A stretch of 64,000 bases of DNA from Eledone cirrhosa (Eukaryota). The DNA is taken from contig OZ024742.1 in the NCBI GenBank assembly GCA_964016885.1, positions 83,018,001-83,082,000 of the forward strand, given 5' to 3'. The notes under the pieces were generated by a model. It made no database searches, had not been told where the DNA came from, and worked only from the letters and a program-made list of their open reading frames with translations. Within the stretch, counting starts at the first letter, position 1; the number at the start of each line of letters is the position of its first letter. The position numbers were made by a program, and so were the translations under genes. Below, one piece after another: positions 15,531-30,100 of this stretch.

Positions 15531-15629
15531 GCCTTTTGTATGGCTGACCAAGGATGACCACAGACCCATAAAGCAAGAGCGAGAAGAAGGGGGTATTTAA
15601 GGGTGCAGCCTAGAAGAAGCTCTGCAATT

Positions 15630-15910
15630 ATGTAGTGTGTTTCGTGGCTGGAGGCTCATCAGGCAGATGATTATCCCTGTCACCGTGGCGTGGACCGACT
15701 GATAGTACAAGATTATCCCGTTGGCAGAACGCCAATTAATCGCAGGGGTAACCTCCAGCTATTGCTGGTACTCATTTTCAACTGAGTATACTGGATCAGC
15801 GTGATAAGGAAGTGTTTTTCTAAAGGTCACAAAACGCAATCCAATGTCAAGAATTGAACCCACAATATTATGAACGTAAGTCTTACCAGCAGGCCACGTA
15901 ACTCCACAGT
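15630..15910 (-). mobile_element. Degenerate tRNA-derived SINE
   Basis: GCTGGTACTCATTTTCAACTGAGT core and GAATTGAACCC (B-box on the minus strand). Related to 39715-39930. Confidence 0.6.
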
Positions 15911-16759
15911 ATTATATTTGAGCCCGCTTTGTCCATTTTCAGTTGAACCCCGTAGTGGGCAACTTTGCATTTAATGTTTTCGAAGCCAATGATATAATCA
16001 AGAACAGGATATCAATGTGATCGCTTATCCCCTTCACATAATATGTTTCTCCCTCTACTTATATTAGAAACTCATACGACTAACGGGTTTTTACGGGAGT
16101 GTGTTACTATATATAAACAAGGATGGGAGATACACGATAATCTCAAAGAATATATCAACCACGTACGTATCTGATAGGCATTTGTTCGCACCATGAGAAA
16201 CTGAGGACACTGAAAGACAAAAACCAGCCAGTTTTCTTTTTCGGCATTCGGCGTGCAAAACCCTTAATAACTCATATATTCACCGTCTTCAAAATGTCAA
16301 CTATTTCCTGTATAGTTCCTTTATATTCTTTTGATTTCAATAATTCCAGAAATCATTCCTGTAACATTTTGGTCGTAGGTGCTAGTCATGGTGATGATGA
16401 TGATGATGGTGGTTCGGTCTAATTGATGACATTGGTGTTACTTGGACTGCGTTAGTACTTTATTAGATTTTATATTTTGTTCAGTTTTTCTTTTATTTAA
16501 TATTATTTTATTTTTAGTTTCCTATTTTAAGTTTATCTGATTTTTTTTGTTTTTAGGTTTTTTTTTGTTTCCTTCATATCTATTTTTTTTCATTTTGTCA
16601 TTAGCAGTTTTAGCTTTTTTAAAAACACTATTGTTTATTGTGATAGTGTTTGAGTTGAACAGAATTCAGTGACTATTGTTTTTGTTGCTGTTGTTTTTGT
16701 CAATATAAATCTTTTTTTCTGTTGTTGTTGATGTTAAAATCATTATTATCATTATTGTC

Positions 16760-16988
16760 AGTAGTAGTACTACTACTACTGTTACTTCTACTACTACCCT
16801 TACTACCACCACCACCACCACCACTACTACTATTACTACTACTACTACTACTACTAGTACTACTACCACCACCACTACTACTACTATTACTTCTACTACT
16901 ACCCTTAACACCACCACCACCACCACCACCACCACTACTACTACTACTACTACCACCACCACCACCACCACTACTACTACTACTACAA
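16760..16988. repeat. Compound (CTA)n/(CCA)n trinucleotide microsatellite
   Basis: Read directly from the sequence. Confidence 0.95.
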
Positions 16989-18199
16989 TAAATGACGCTT
17001 CGACTGATATTAATGTTATTAATGTTGTTATATTTTATTCTAAGAGTATTGTTCCACAAATATTGTTGTTGCTGTTTATGTTTTGATGTTGCTGTCGTTG
17101 CTGGCATCATAATTGTTTCTTGCTGTTTTCTTTAATCTTTATTACTATTTCATTTACTTTTTTTTTAATCGCATTATTGTTTTCATTTTTCTTCTTTTTA
17201 TAATCTCACCAAACCCAATTAATCATTTTTAACTTCATATCAGTCACGTTAGAATCATTTATTGATAAACTAACAAAACATTTCATCGTTGTGAATTTTG
17301 TTTTTTTTTCATTACAATTTAAAATAAATTTGTAGGACAAAAAAATATTGATTAGAAACAATTGACTGGGCTTAACGCCAATGTTAACCTTGCAAAGGAT
17401 GTAGTTGGTTGAAGCAAGCACAGGATATGATTAATATTTATCATATTGACATACTGAGAATATGAAAAGCAAAGTTGAAGCTGGCTATATCTGAAATGAA
17501 ATAAATGTGTATGAGGCGGGATTTGCAATATTTTAACAAAAGCTTTCGGTAGAAAGAGGCAAAAAGAACATTATTTCATCGAAACATGATGAGTGCCGTC
17601 ACCTCACAACATAGCAATTAAGCCAAATTGCAATTAGCATCCTAGCGGTATTTTTTCATCCTAGAAATATAACAAGAAACACTGTAAGACATCAGCCATA
17701 CTCTCTGTTTATCTGCTATCTCCACTAAATAGTAAGGCACTAATTCGTCGATCAGTTTGCTCGGAACATTAGCGCAATCGCTTTCAAAATCTTAACCGCC
17801 AATTTTTAGAGAGAAATGCAACTGAGCCCAGATGTAATAGTTGATTAAAGATGCAATAGTTGATTAAGGCAGCAATTGATCTAACTGATTACCAGAAACC
17901 TTCAGTTGTATGTTATACACTACCAACTCACACGCACCACTAACACAATAATATTTTTCACATTGACTCAAGACCGCAGATTTAAGTGAACAGTAGAATG
18001 TAAAAACGCAAATATTGAAATTAATTTGGTTTCTTTTGATAATAATTTTGCGGCGTCATTTTGCTATTATCAAAATTATACAAAAATATCTACAAGCTAT
18101 AAAACACGTAATCATGTGAATTTGCTCACAGAATTTACGTATTTCTCTGAGTCATGATAGAAAACATGATTATCTTGATTAATCATAAATCGAGTAGAG

Positions 18200-18810
18200 A
18201 TCACTTAATAAATTGGAAGAACCTTTGCGGCGAACATCAAGAATTGTGAACAAATGACTCCTCAGTGATTCGTATTAATTCTGAAATGTTTCTAACCGGT
18301 AAATCGAAACGTCACTAGCTGAGTGAGGAAGAGGAATCTTTCTTAATAAAACACATGAAAAAGCAACATTTTTAGTAATTCTAATTATTGATTCCATGTT
18401 AGATACGATCGAACGTAGTAACTCATTCAATAATTTTTCTATAATTAACCGCCATACTCTTTTCAGATCACCTACAAACGGCTTAAAATATATTGATATA
18501 CGGTGATTTAGATGCACTGCATCTGAATAAAACATGGAATGGACATAGTTGTAATATCTTTGATCATATATGTGCTCAATCAAAGTTGACCCTGAACGAA
18601 ACGAAAACAAGAAATGCCATATATTTTCACTGTGTTGGATACTGGGAAAGTTACCATGTAAATTTCAAGGACTCAAACGCGAAAAATTAACAGCTTCAAA
18701 CAGAAATCATTGGCCGCAAACTGCTTCGCTGAATGTTATAACGACTCTTTGACCCGCCTACTCAGAAAAAAATATTGATTGTTTAATTAAGCGCAAGATC
18801 TCAAGCATTA
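18200..18810 (+). mobile_element. Possible highly decayed hAT transposase C-terminus
   Basis: Weak resemblance of the end (..KNIDCLIKRKISS) to the PxIDxLxKxKQxQxSH terminus of Buster/SPIN-type hAT proteins. Many stops and no TIRs seen. Confidence 0.2.
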
Positions 18811-19099
18811 AATAGAAATGATTTTTAATAATAATTTAAAAAACAGTCCGAGATAGTATGGATATTTTCTTAGGAATTAAGGAAATTGAAGCTTGGAAGT
18901 AACGTTCTCATTCGAAATGTTCATTCATATCAAACATCAACAGCAAAAACAACATATATCCCCATTACTAACAGTGATTGCCCCAACAACAAAAACGACA
19001 TATTTGATAAAATATTTATTAATACCATTAATATATATTCAAAGGCAGCGTAGATGCATCCAGTGTGTACATTTTTCTCGAGACTAAATCGGCGCTGAC

Positions 19100-20280
19100 T
19101 CTTGTATTTTTCAATTGAGAAAATCTTGTTAACTCGAGATGTCGGGCAACTATTCAGTAATGGTACCTGGGGAGGAATGAAATTAATCAAAATCATAAAC
19201 AATACTTCCATTCGCTAGCACTACCAAGACGGATTTCTAGAAGTTGTCCATAGTTTCAAACTTGTGTGGAACAGACTGGTTAATTCCATATCGTCGACGA
19301 ACAGAGTTTCTCCGAGAAGATCGCTGTCCTTGCCTACCACTAATCCTTTATTGAACTACACAGTGGAATTTTCACTGACCTCATTGCCCGTAGAGTGGTA
19401 GAGTGCCTGACAACATTTCAGAAATAGTTATTTCACAATCGGCGACCCCACCTGTTCACCGTTTTAGATTATATGGTGACACCTAGCCGCAGCGCTGTCT
19501 GCACATCACCAGCCACGGCATGCTCAGACACCCCCTTCGAGGTTATTAGCAGCAGATGGACCATCTCACAACTGGAACCTACCCTGGAACGTTGACGATC
19601 AGACGCTCCAACCTGGTGAGGTGCGGACCGGCGCAAAGCACGACGGTCAGGCGTTAACAGATGACGGAAGCGATGTTTGTCATTTATGCTCGATATTTCT
19701 GGGGTAGCTTCTGCTGAGTCCATTTCCGTGTAAAAGCGATCATACTTCTTGATACCACGTCCAACGTCCTATGTATGCCCTTGGAGGTATGAACCCTGAG
19801 CAACTTGTCTGGTTCGTTCCGTCCACTCCTCACGAGGGTTTTGAATCATTTGCAAACCTCTGGGGTTTTTTTCTATCAACATTTCATATACCTCTAAGGT
19901 TGCCGATCACCCTGATTTCTGAAATGTTCCTCACAATCCCGTAACGTTGTTCACATATGCTGAAACAGTACTTCTACGTTCTGCTTGGTCGACCCTATCG
20001 AAAGCTTTTGATTGATATAATTTGATTACAGCCCTACCGACACCAAGCTTACTCTCTATGATGTAGAACATGTTCGAAATTGAGTTGGTTTACGCTTCCC
20101 TCATTTGACGACATGAGAGAAATGTATAGCAAGCACTTTGATAAAAATATTAAACTCTATGTTGAACACAGTGATGGGACGTAAATTATCAATAACAATG
20201 ACCTAGTTCTCATCTTTCCTCATCAGCGCCATTACAGCGTTACTTACTATCTTCTATCAGTTGCATTAGACAACTTCCAG
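19100..20280 (-). mobile_element. Degenerate Tx1-like LINE ORF2 fragment, same group as 8741-14500
   Basis: Minus strand gives KAFDRVD (about 19990-20010) and NGEQVGSP..CCQAL..GNEVSENST..KGLVVGKDSDLLGETLFVDDMELTS, matching ORF2 at about 13430-13690. Confidence 0.8.
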
Positions 20281-20639
20281 GACAACGAAGAACAAGCCTA
20301 GCTTACTTAAGTAAAACTCGCAATGTAGGCCCTTCAAAGCGGTCTAGTAGCATATCAAGAGAAAAATAAATCATGATTCGTCTAAAGAAAACGTGTAAGG
20401 TGATTATTATATAACTACCTTACATCTTTGAAATATGTCTAATGAACTAGGTAATAAAATGAAGATGTACGAATAGAACCGTCTCCCTTATTTATTATAC
20501 TAAAACTCCAGACGATACATTACGGAGGGAATCCTAAGATAACACATGCCGTGGTGTACTTAACATATGTTAAAGAAATTTCGGTAATTTTTATCAAGCA
20601 AATCTCTTCGACTAAATAATTATATATATATATATATAG

Positions 20640-20758
20640 ATAGATGAGATTCTACAGGACTAGAACTGTTTCATTCTTTAGAAATCATCAGGAATCTCTG
20701 AGATTCCTGATGATTTCTAAAGAATGAAACAGTTCTAGTCCTATAGAATCTCATCTAT
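20640..20758. repeat. Near-perfect palindrome P2 carrying an HHR-like motif
   Basis: ~59-bp arms with one mismatch. The right arm reads GATTC-CTGATGA(20707-13)-TTTCTAAAGAAT-GAAA(20726-29)-CAGTTCTAG-TC-..GAATC. (TA)n on both sides. Confidence 0.9.
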
Positions 20759-20834
20759 ATTAAAACTTTTATACTCTGCTACGTATTGAGTACCTTAGTT
20801 ACTGTGGTTACCTCCGATTCAACCCGGAATAACG

Positions 20835-20914
<80 letters not shown>

Positions 20915-20921
<7 letters not shown>

Positions 20922-22518
20922 ATTTTAGGACCCTACTAGGAGAGCCACCCTCCACAGCCCAGAGCACTGGGGAGATCAGGCGGCTGTTTGAGGAACTGGA
21001 TGTTGAGACAGAGCCCTTCACCAGAGAGGAGCTTCAGAGAGCCAAAAAGAGGATCAGGGAGGGCAAGGCTCATGGAGAAGATGGAGTGGGATCAGAGGTG
21101 ATGAAGAGGTGTGATATCATCCTGGGGTTCTGTAACGGGGCACTGGAGAAAGGAGTTGCCCCGAATCAGTGGAGGGTCAGTAACATCGTCCCAGTGCCAG
21201 AGAAGGGAGATCTCTCTAACACCAACAACTACCGGGGGATCTCACTGACGTCACTTGTGGCAAAGACCCTCAACAGGATGATTCTTAACAGGATCCAGCC
21301 TGAGATGGAGAAGAAGCTCAGGAACAACCAGAACGGCTTCAGAGAGGGTAGATCAACCACCAGTCACATCCTGATGCTGAAAAGGATATTAGAGGGAGCT
21401 AGAGCAAAGTGCCTTCCTGCGGTCATGGTTTTCATTGACTTTAGGAAGGCCTTTGATTCTGTGGACCGTTACTGCCTGATGAAGATCTTACAGGCTTATG
21501 GAATCCCCAAGAAGATAGTGGACCTGATATCACTGCTCTACACCAACACCAAAGCCCAAGTCATTACACATGATAGGATGACAGAGTTCTTTGAGATACT
21601 GGCTGGAGTGCTCCAGGGAGATACATTGGCTCCCTACCTTTTTAACATCGTAGTGGACTATTGTCTGCGCCTTGCACTGGAGAAACACCAGGACTCTGGC
21701 TTTACTGTAGCACCGGCTCAGAGCAGGAGAGTTAAGGCAAAAAGGTATCGGATGCTGAATTTGCCGACGACATAGTTTTGGTGACAAATACAGTGAAGGA
21801 GGCAGAGGATTTCATGCGGGAGGTTGAGATTGTGTCGATGAGTGTGGGGCTGAGAATGAATGAGTCTAAAACAAAATATCTGGTAGAGAATGTTGAGAAG
21901 CCAGAGGGGATCACTAATGTAGGCGGGAAGCCGCTGGAATTGGTTGAGGATTTCCTGTATTTGGGAGCAAAGATTGGGAATACGGAAGAAGATGTGGTTG
22001 AGAGGAAGAGCAAGGCCTGGGCGGCGTGCCACAGCTTGAGATCGGTGTGGAGTCGGACCTTCATAAAGACCTGAAAATACGCCTCTTCATTGCTGTAGTG
22101 GAGTCTGTGCTGCTGTGTGGGTCTGAGACTTTGACACTGACCAAGAAACTCACTCAGATGGTGGATGGGTGCTACACAAGAATGCTGAGGATGGCTCTGA
22201 ACATTAATCAGTATACACTGAGGATGAAAAACTCAGAGCTGTATGGGACCATCCCAAATGTCAGCTCAAAAGTGACACAGAGGAGACTGAGGTTGGCTGG
22301 ACATGCTCACCGACATCCAGAGTTGACATAGCACTCAGTGCTCCTTTGGGAGACCCTACATGGACACACTAGAAGAGGAAGACCAAGGTTAACGTATGTT
22401 GATGCCTAAGGACAGACACTGGTTTGTTGGAGACGCAGGACATGGCAGCGATAATGAGGGACAGAGACCGCTGGAGAGAACTCGTCCATGGATGTCGGGA
22501 ATTTTACCCGCCTTAGAT
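20915..22518 (+). mobile_element. 5'-truncated RTE-clade LINE (RT domain to 3' end), frameshifted
   Basis: NYRGISLTS, QNGFREGRST, FIDFRKAFDSV, GVLQGDTLAPYLF, FADD at about 21760, FLYLG, RRLRLAGH..RGRP. Lies between (GA)n and (TA)n. Confidence 0.92.
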
Positions 22519-23004
22519 ATATATATATATTTATACACAGAGAGAAAGACAAAGAGAGAGAGATAGATAGAATTAGAATTTTATTTCTCGCCCTAGCACA
22601 CCTGATACATAAATGTAAGTATGCATACGTATAACACCCCCCCCCCCACACACACACACACACACCCACCCACACACACACACACACACACCATATATAT
22701 ATATATATAAGTTGACGGGACAAGCATGGGTTTCCCTGCCAGTACTGGTTGCATCTCAGCTTACTCAATATGTAACGTTAAGTAAACTCCCAGACTAGAC
22801 ATACTGTTTCGCTTCAATACAAGACACGTATATGGGTACCTTCAATCTATACGTGTACAGGAGTTTCTGCCACACTTAATGCAGCAATAGAGTGCACAGC
22901 ATCAACTGTCTGCATTTAATATGCAACAATGCACAATCAGTGAATGTGGCTTCATCAGCGCGTTTCGCCTAATAACCAATCAATCTACAAAACCCAATTG
23001 TATA

Positions 23005-23239
23005 ATTATAATATTACAAAGTTAAATTAAATTGTTTAGAACTACAAGTGAAGTCGTTCTTTTACTTTTTTTAAATATACCTAACTGTACCAAGGAATTC
23101 ACACATTATCCAATATATATATATATTGGAAAATGTGTTAAATCCTTGGTACAGTTAGGTATATTTGAAAAAAAGGAAAAGAATGACTTCACTTGTAGTG
23201 TTAAAAGATGTTTTTGATTTAATTTTGTAATATTATAAT
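23005..23239. repeat. Fold-back palindrome P3 centred on a short (TA)n at about 23120
   Basis: ACTACAAGTGAAGTC pairs with GACTTCACTTGTAGT, and CCTAACTGTACCAAGGA pairs with TCCTTGGTACAGTTAGG. Confidence 0.9.
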
Positions 23240-23500
23240 AATATGAGTTGCTAGATCTAGTAAATTTTTCGTTAACTTCGGTGGGAAGAATCTTAAAGAT
23301 TCCAGGTTAACTTGGGGTGGAGAACTTTCTCGCAATCGTCTGTCTGTGGCGATTGTCAAACTGAGATCAGGTTGTGTTGAAATGTGTGACTATATAAGAG
23401 AGATTTGGATTTGACTGGGGTGTGGGGTGTGCTGTTAATGAGTGTTGATGATGATGAAGGTCCGTAGGAATTAAAGCATACATACATACACACACACACG
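23165..23500. repeat. ~335-bp segment present in inverted orientation at 31601-31945
   Basis: Reverse-complement match along the whole length with scattered substitutions. Confidence 0.9.
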
Positions 23501-23507
23501 CACGTAT

Positions 23508-23610
<103 letters not shown>

Positions 23611-24042
23611 CACTCAGAAAATGATGAGGCTGTAAGATAACGGTGTTTGAGAAGGTTGTTGTAAACATACACTCCTGCTAGTTTTATTTCATTAGCTGAC
23701 CTTTGATGAGTATATAATGGCATAGCTGAATCAACTCTTCCAAATCCATCAAGAATATCTTCTACAAATTTCTATATCAAAGATGAATTTAGGTGTTTGT
23801 CTGGGTTTTAATGAGGTGTAAGATATATGTCTTTTGATAAGAATGGGATGACAGGAAAAAGAGAGAAGAAGGATAGTTTAGGAACATTTGTCAAATAAGT
23901 GTTGTTCATATTGGTTTGGGAGAGGAAGTGTGCGGGGAGGGGGACATGCTGGCTCACATATTCAATTCCCTATATGTAAATATATGGAAGTGAATATATA
24001 TTACAAACAAACACATACACTCACATATCAACACATATATAG

Positions 24043-24182
<140 letters not shown>

Positions 24183-24513
24183 TATATACTTACACATACA
24201 TACACACACAAACATATACACACACACACACATTTTATATATATTATACACATATATACACATACCATATATACATATACCATATACATATATACTATAT
24301 ATATACATATATATATACACATATATATACACATATATATATATACATATATATATACACATATATACCATATATATATACACATATATATACACATATA
24401 TATATATATACATATATATATACACATATATACCATATATATATATACACCATACACATATATAAATATTATACAGACACACATATATGTATATTTTATA
24501 TATATATACACAC

Positions 24514-24583
<70 letters not shown>

Positions 24584-24667
24584 CTAAATATTAGACAGGA
24601 CAAACAACAGAGAGGCAGTACAAATGGTAGTTTATTAGGTTGACGCTCTTCAGAGTGGGTGTGTATA

Positions 24668-24754
<87 letters not shown>

Positions 24755-24761
<7 letters not shown>

Positions 24762-25291
24762 TAACAGATTACAGTTTAAGCAAAGGATGGCTGCTTTCAC
24801 CGTTAACGGGATCTTCTGAAACTAAGAAAGTGAATCTGTGAACGCAGAAGTAAATATTTCGAAAAACGTTGCAACCGAGGGAAGACAAGAAGACGATACT
24901 TTGGTTCGTGGAAACGTTTCCAGGCAAAGAACGGAAAAGAACGAAGATAATACGTCATTATTTGGAGTGGTGAAAACAGTTACACGCAAAGACAAAACCA
25001 CGTAAATGGTATAACTGAAGTCGTAGACTAAAATTCTCTTTAGGAAACCGAATGATCCTCGGTCTCAGAGTTAAGAATAAAGTAAATAAAATATAGAGGT
25101 AATTGAAATTAAATATATACATACACACGTCCATATACGTACAAACACAATCATTCGCAAAACACTCGCCATAGGTATACAAATACAAGCACGTACACAA
25201 AACCCCGCACGCACATACAGAACCCACGCCACGCCTGTACCGGCACACATACGAACGTATACACCAAATACACAAAAAATATATATAAAAA

Positions 25292-25328
<37 letters not shown>

Positions 25329-28300
25329 AAGTAAATATTTCAAAGTAAATATTAACAAAAAGTAACACATAATTAAATAAACTTATATAAATAAATAAAT
25401 ACGTATATAACGCGCGCACACACATACTTACATGTAAATACACATATGTACGCAGATGTACGTCCCCAAAACACAAAGTACACATATACACACACCATAC
25501 ATACGTACGAACTCGCATACTCACACAGAAGCAAAACTCACGTATACACATAACCAAATGCACATGTACCAGTATATATAATATATACTCCATAACATAT
25601 ACAAGCAAATATACGTACGAGAAAGTATACGTACCTTCAAAAACCATATATGTAATATATACTTACCTATACAAATAAGTAATGGTATAAACATAACATA
25701 TACTTAGCTACCACATCGAGACGTAAAATATCCGCGTATAGTTCGTACAATCCGTTAGCGTATAATGTGGGGCTGTAATACAGGAAAGTGTTGTGCAATT
25801 TATGTTTACAAGCCGAAATTGCCTGATTTTTTGTTTAAGAAGTGGTCTTTGGCGTAGAGTATTTCCAGGGCCTCAGCGGCGCAGAGGTCACATGGTCTTT
25901 TATTTCCGTTATACGATCTAGCCCTAGCTAGGATCTCTCAGTGTAACTTATATTGGGTGTTGTTGTCTTTTAGACGCCAGATATAAGCTGAAAGTGACGT
26001 CATATTCCTTCTTAAAGGGTTAAGAAAAGAATGGGTATGCATGTAAAGACGCTGCTTGAATCTATTGGCGTTTATTAACCCTATCTAGGCCCTACGGGAC
26101 GTGGGTGTTTCAACCTTACATTTGTAGACAATGTTACTAGAGAGGCATAGGAACAGTCAACCCGATTCCTACAATTAAAGTTAGTACTAGCAACAGGGTT
26201 GTACGTGTTCCTACGGCTGGGTAATTTAACTAAATTTGAAGCTGTGATGTTATGTGCAAGGTTAGGAGTCGTAGAATAAAAAAGTTTAATGGTATTTCTA
26301 TTAAACATTTTACTATATTTATGTGCTGGGGGGAAATGCTTCATAATAAGGGAGAGAAAGATCTTAGCTAATGGTGTGGCCACCTCCATATTATATGGTG
26401 GGTTATACCATATAATGCGTCGGCATCTATTTGTCCTAGGTCTATTAACGTACTCTGTGTATGCTACCTTATCGACAAATCCACTCCGAGCAAGAGCTTC
26501 ATTGTAATATGTGGAATGGTCGTTGAAAATATGCTCGTTTGTAGATAGACGGGAAAGCCTCAACGAAACGTTTCTTACCAGGTTCTTGGTTATGCTGGCA
26601 GGATGGTTAGAATGCTTAATTATGTAATTAGGCGTATCATTCGGCTTTCTATACGGGTAGTGCAAGCCATTCGACAAATTGAGGGTAACGTCGAGGTAAT
26701 TAACGACCAAGAGGTTGGCCTCAACCTGTATGGAGAGATTGAAGCCTTTAAAGAAGGCTGTGAGTTATTTTCTGAACCTGTCAGAAGCACGTGGGCCGCA
26801 CTTTGTCATAGTCAAAAGACCATCATCACGGTACAAATCAAAGCCCACGTTGGGGAATTCGTCCTTGATAGAGAAAAGAAGGAAAAGGCCGATAAGATCA
26901 GTAACTTTCGCAGAATCGCTGGCGCCCATGCTCACGTGGAATGGGGTACTATTAGATGTTATAATCCAAATAGAGTCGTCGAAATTAATCACCGACTTAC
27001 GGGCGTTGAGGATGACATCAACTTAGAAATCCTTAACCACTGTGAGTGTTTTAGCGAAATTGAGAGCTCTAAGGAAAAGTGGTAAAGTGATGGAGGAGTA
27101 GTAATTATTGATGTCGAATTGAATAAAACGGCAATGTTCCTTGTTGCATACGCCGTTGAACCAATCAATGACCGCGAAAGAATTGTCCACAATGCAAGAG
27201 GGGCCAAACTTCTAATTCCAGGTATAATTCTATCTAAAATCCTTTTACTACATCTACCTAAATCGGACTTCGTAGGGTTAATAAGCCGAATAGAGGGGTT
27301 GTTCGGGAAATTGGATTTGTGATCCTTCAGGGTAACGTGGGGAGAAATAGGGTCCAGAGGTTCAGTCAGTCCAGGATGTTCAGATCAGATGTGATTTTAA
27401 ACCCAGCATCGTTGATTTCATTAATGACGCTCCGATAAGTTTACGGTAATCCTTAGTTAAGGCATTATGTAGCAGTTGATGGTAAGTACTGCGCTCCACT
27501 TGATATAGATTGCCAGCTTTGTCTGAGTGGACGTGCACGGCATTAGAATCCTTAATAGAACGAATTCTATTCTTCAGGTTATGCTGGAAGGAATTGCTCC
27601 TATTCCGAAATTTGATACTCCGTATGAGTTCCAAGACATCATTTTCGAAGTGTTATTATAGGTTTTAAACCCAAATTTATCCTGTTTGTTGTCTGCTTTT
27701 CCCTGATTGCCGAAATAAAAAGCACGCCAACTCAACCTTTTAATGAACGCGTCTGTTTTCTGTATCAGGAGTTTTAGGTATGTTTTCCTGCTTGGTACAG
27801 GTATGTTCTTTGTAGAAATATGCAGATGTTGTTTCTGCTGGATGAATATAAGTCAATAGAGTGCTCAAACTAGGGATCCAAATATTAATAATAATAAATT
27901 TGAAGACTAAAATCCAAAGATAAGGCTCGATAAGGATATATATCAAATATATAAGAACCGTAGTGCAAATATTTATTAAAATAACAGATTAAAGATTAAG
28001 CAAAGAATCGCTGCTTTCACCCTTAACGGGATCTTCTGAAACTATAAAAGTCAATCTGTGAACGCAGAAGTAAATATTTCAAAAAACATTGCAATCGAAG
28101 GAAGACAGGAAGACGATACTTTGGTTCGTGGAAACGTTCCCTGGCAAAGAACGGGAAAAAAACGAAGATAATACGTCATTATTTGTAGCGGTGAAAACAA
28201 TTACACACAAAGACAAAACCACGTTTATGATATAAATGAAGTCGTAGACTAATATTCTATTAGATGGGTCGTGGAGACGTTCTCTTGCAATGAACGGGAA

Positions 28301-29203
28301 AAAACGAAGATAATACGTCATTATGTGTAGCGTTGAGAGCAATTGCACGCAAAAACAAAACCACGTAAATGGTATAACTGAAGTCGTAGACTAAAATTCT
28401 CTTTAAGAAACCGAATGATCCTTGGCTTCAGAGTTAAGAATAAAGTAAATAAAATACAGAGGTAATTGAAATTAAATATATACATACACACGTCCATATA
28501 CGTACAAACACAAGCATTCGCAAAACGCTCGCCATAGGTATACAAATACAAGCACGTACAACAAAAAAACCGCATGCACATACAGAACCCACGCCACGCC
28601 TGTACCAGCACACATACGAACGTATACACCAAATACACATAAATATATATATAAAAATGTATATATATATATATGTGTGTGTGCGTGTTTGCGTGTATAC
28701 AGATAATTAATTAAACGTATATAAATAAATACGTAAATAACACGTGCACACACATACCTACATGTAAATACACATATGTACGCAGACGTAGGTCCCCAAA
28801 ACAGAAAGTACTTATATACACACACCATACATACGTACGAACCCGCATACTCACACAGACGCAAAACTCACGTATACACATAACCAAATGCACATGTACC
28901 AACATATATAATATATACTCCATAACATATACAAGCAAATATACGTACGAGAGATTATACTACCTTCACAAACCATACAGGTAATATATACTTACCTATA
29001 CAAATAAGTAATGGTATAAACATAACATATACTTAGCTACCACATCGAGACGTAAAATATCCGCGTATAGTTCGTACTATACGTTAGCGTATAATGTGGT
29101 GCTGTAATACAGGAAAGTTTTGTGCAATTTATGTTTACAAGCCGAAATTGCCTCAGATTTTTGTTTAAGAAGTGGTCTTTGGCGTAAAGTATTTCTAGGG
29201 CCT
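24755..29203 (-). mobile_element. Penelope-like element, probably Hydra clade, with partial-tandem pLTRs (24755-25872 and 27975-29203)
   Basis: ~1.1-1.2 kb direct repeats flank a minus-strand RT-endonuclease ORF, and both repeats include the ORF 3' end. The 3' end abuts (TA)n. Confidence 0.88.
25790..27825 (-). pseudogene. PLE RT plus C-terminal endonuclease, disrupted
   Basis: STKNIPVPSRKTYLKLLIQKTDAFIKRLSWRAF; HSDKAGNLY; FHVSMGASDSAKVTDLIGLFLL; LYRDDGL; VNYLDVTLNL..PYRKPN; RRIIWYNPPY..KHFP..KMFNRNTIK. Confidence 0.88.
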
Positions 29204-30100
29204 TAAATTACATTTTAAACAAGGACAACGTTTCACAGTTAAACACAACTTTACATGTGCATCTGAAAACATTATCTATGTTTTGACATGCTCAGGTTGT
29301 CAAGAGCACTACATAGGGCAGACAGAACCAGTACGACCGTCCATAAATCACAAATTAAAATACAGGAATACCGAAAGATTGCATTTAGTGTACATATCGC
29401 CAATATCACAACCAACATCCAAACCTTAAAATGTTCCCCATTTACAAATTCATAGACAACGCTACTTTCATCCAACGTACGAGTAAGGAAACACATTTCA
29501 TTAATAAATTTCAACCAGTACTCAATGCCCTAAAAATCGGACCAATCTAAAACTGCAACAAACCATCAAACATTTACAAGAGTTACCTCCCTCACACCCT
29601 ACTTAATCCTTTTTTCTTAAATAAATTAAATATCACCCATCAAGAATTGCTTCCCCTGCATATTAACTTTCTAAAAAGGGAAATCATATTAAACCACAGT
29701 TCACCATTTGCCTCCTTCACCTAACCATGGTTCAACTAAGCACTCTTGCGATATTAACACATTTTGAACTGCTTAATTTCAATGACTGTGCTTGTAAATA
29801 ACATTATTTTTTCTTTCACATTGACTTTTTACGTTGCACATTATGCACGTTTTTTTTTCCTTTTTCTTTTTTTCTTTTCACTTCTTAAACCTTGTTTGTA
29901 TATAACATTATTCTTTCTGCACCTTCTGTTTAAGATGTGCGACACCACACTAATACATTTCACTATGATTTGATAATACATTTAAATGCTGAAACCGGTG
30001 ATAGACAATAATTAAATATATAAATAGATAAATAAATGCCATTGTTAAATAATAAATAAATCAACTAATACCTTAACACTTCACACAAAGTAAAAAATTT
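29204..30100 (+). mobile_element. 5'-truncated PLE of another family: GIY-YIG C-terminus plus 3' region with degenerate HHR
   Basis: KHNFTCASENIIYVLTCSGCQEHYIGQT at about 29240-29325 and ..KFQPVLN at about 29505-29526. TTTGATAA..GAAA-CCGG-TG at about 29969-30000. Confidence 0.8.

Noticed and set aside
16666-17110. Poly-V, poly-S/G and poly-L/P ORFs
   Set aside because: Artefacts of a trinucleotide microsatellite.
22948-22970. Minus-strand GGC-GAAA-CGCG-CTGATGA-AGCC as a permuted (type II) hammerhead
   Set aside because: Stem I and the cleavage triplet are missing. It is more likely a rearranged or deleted remnant.
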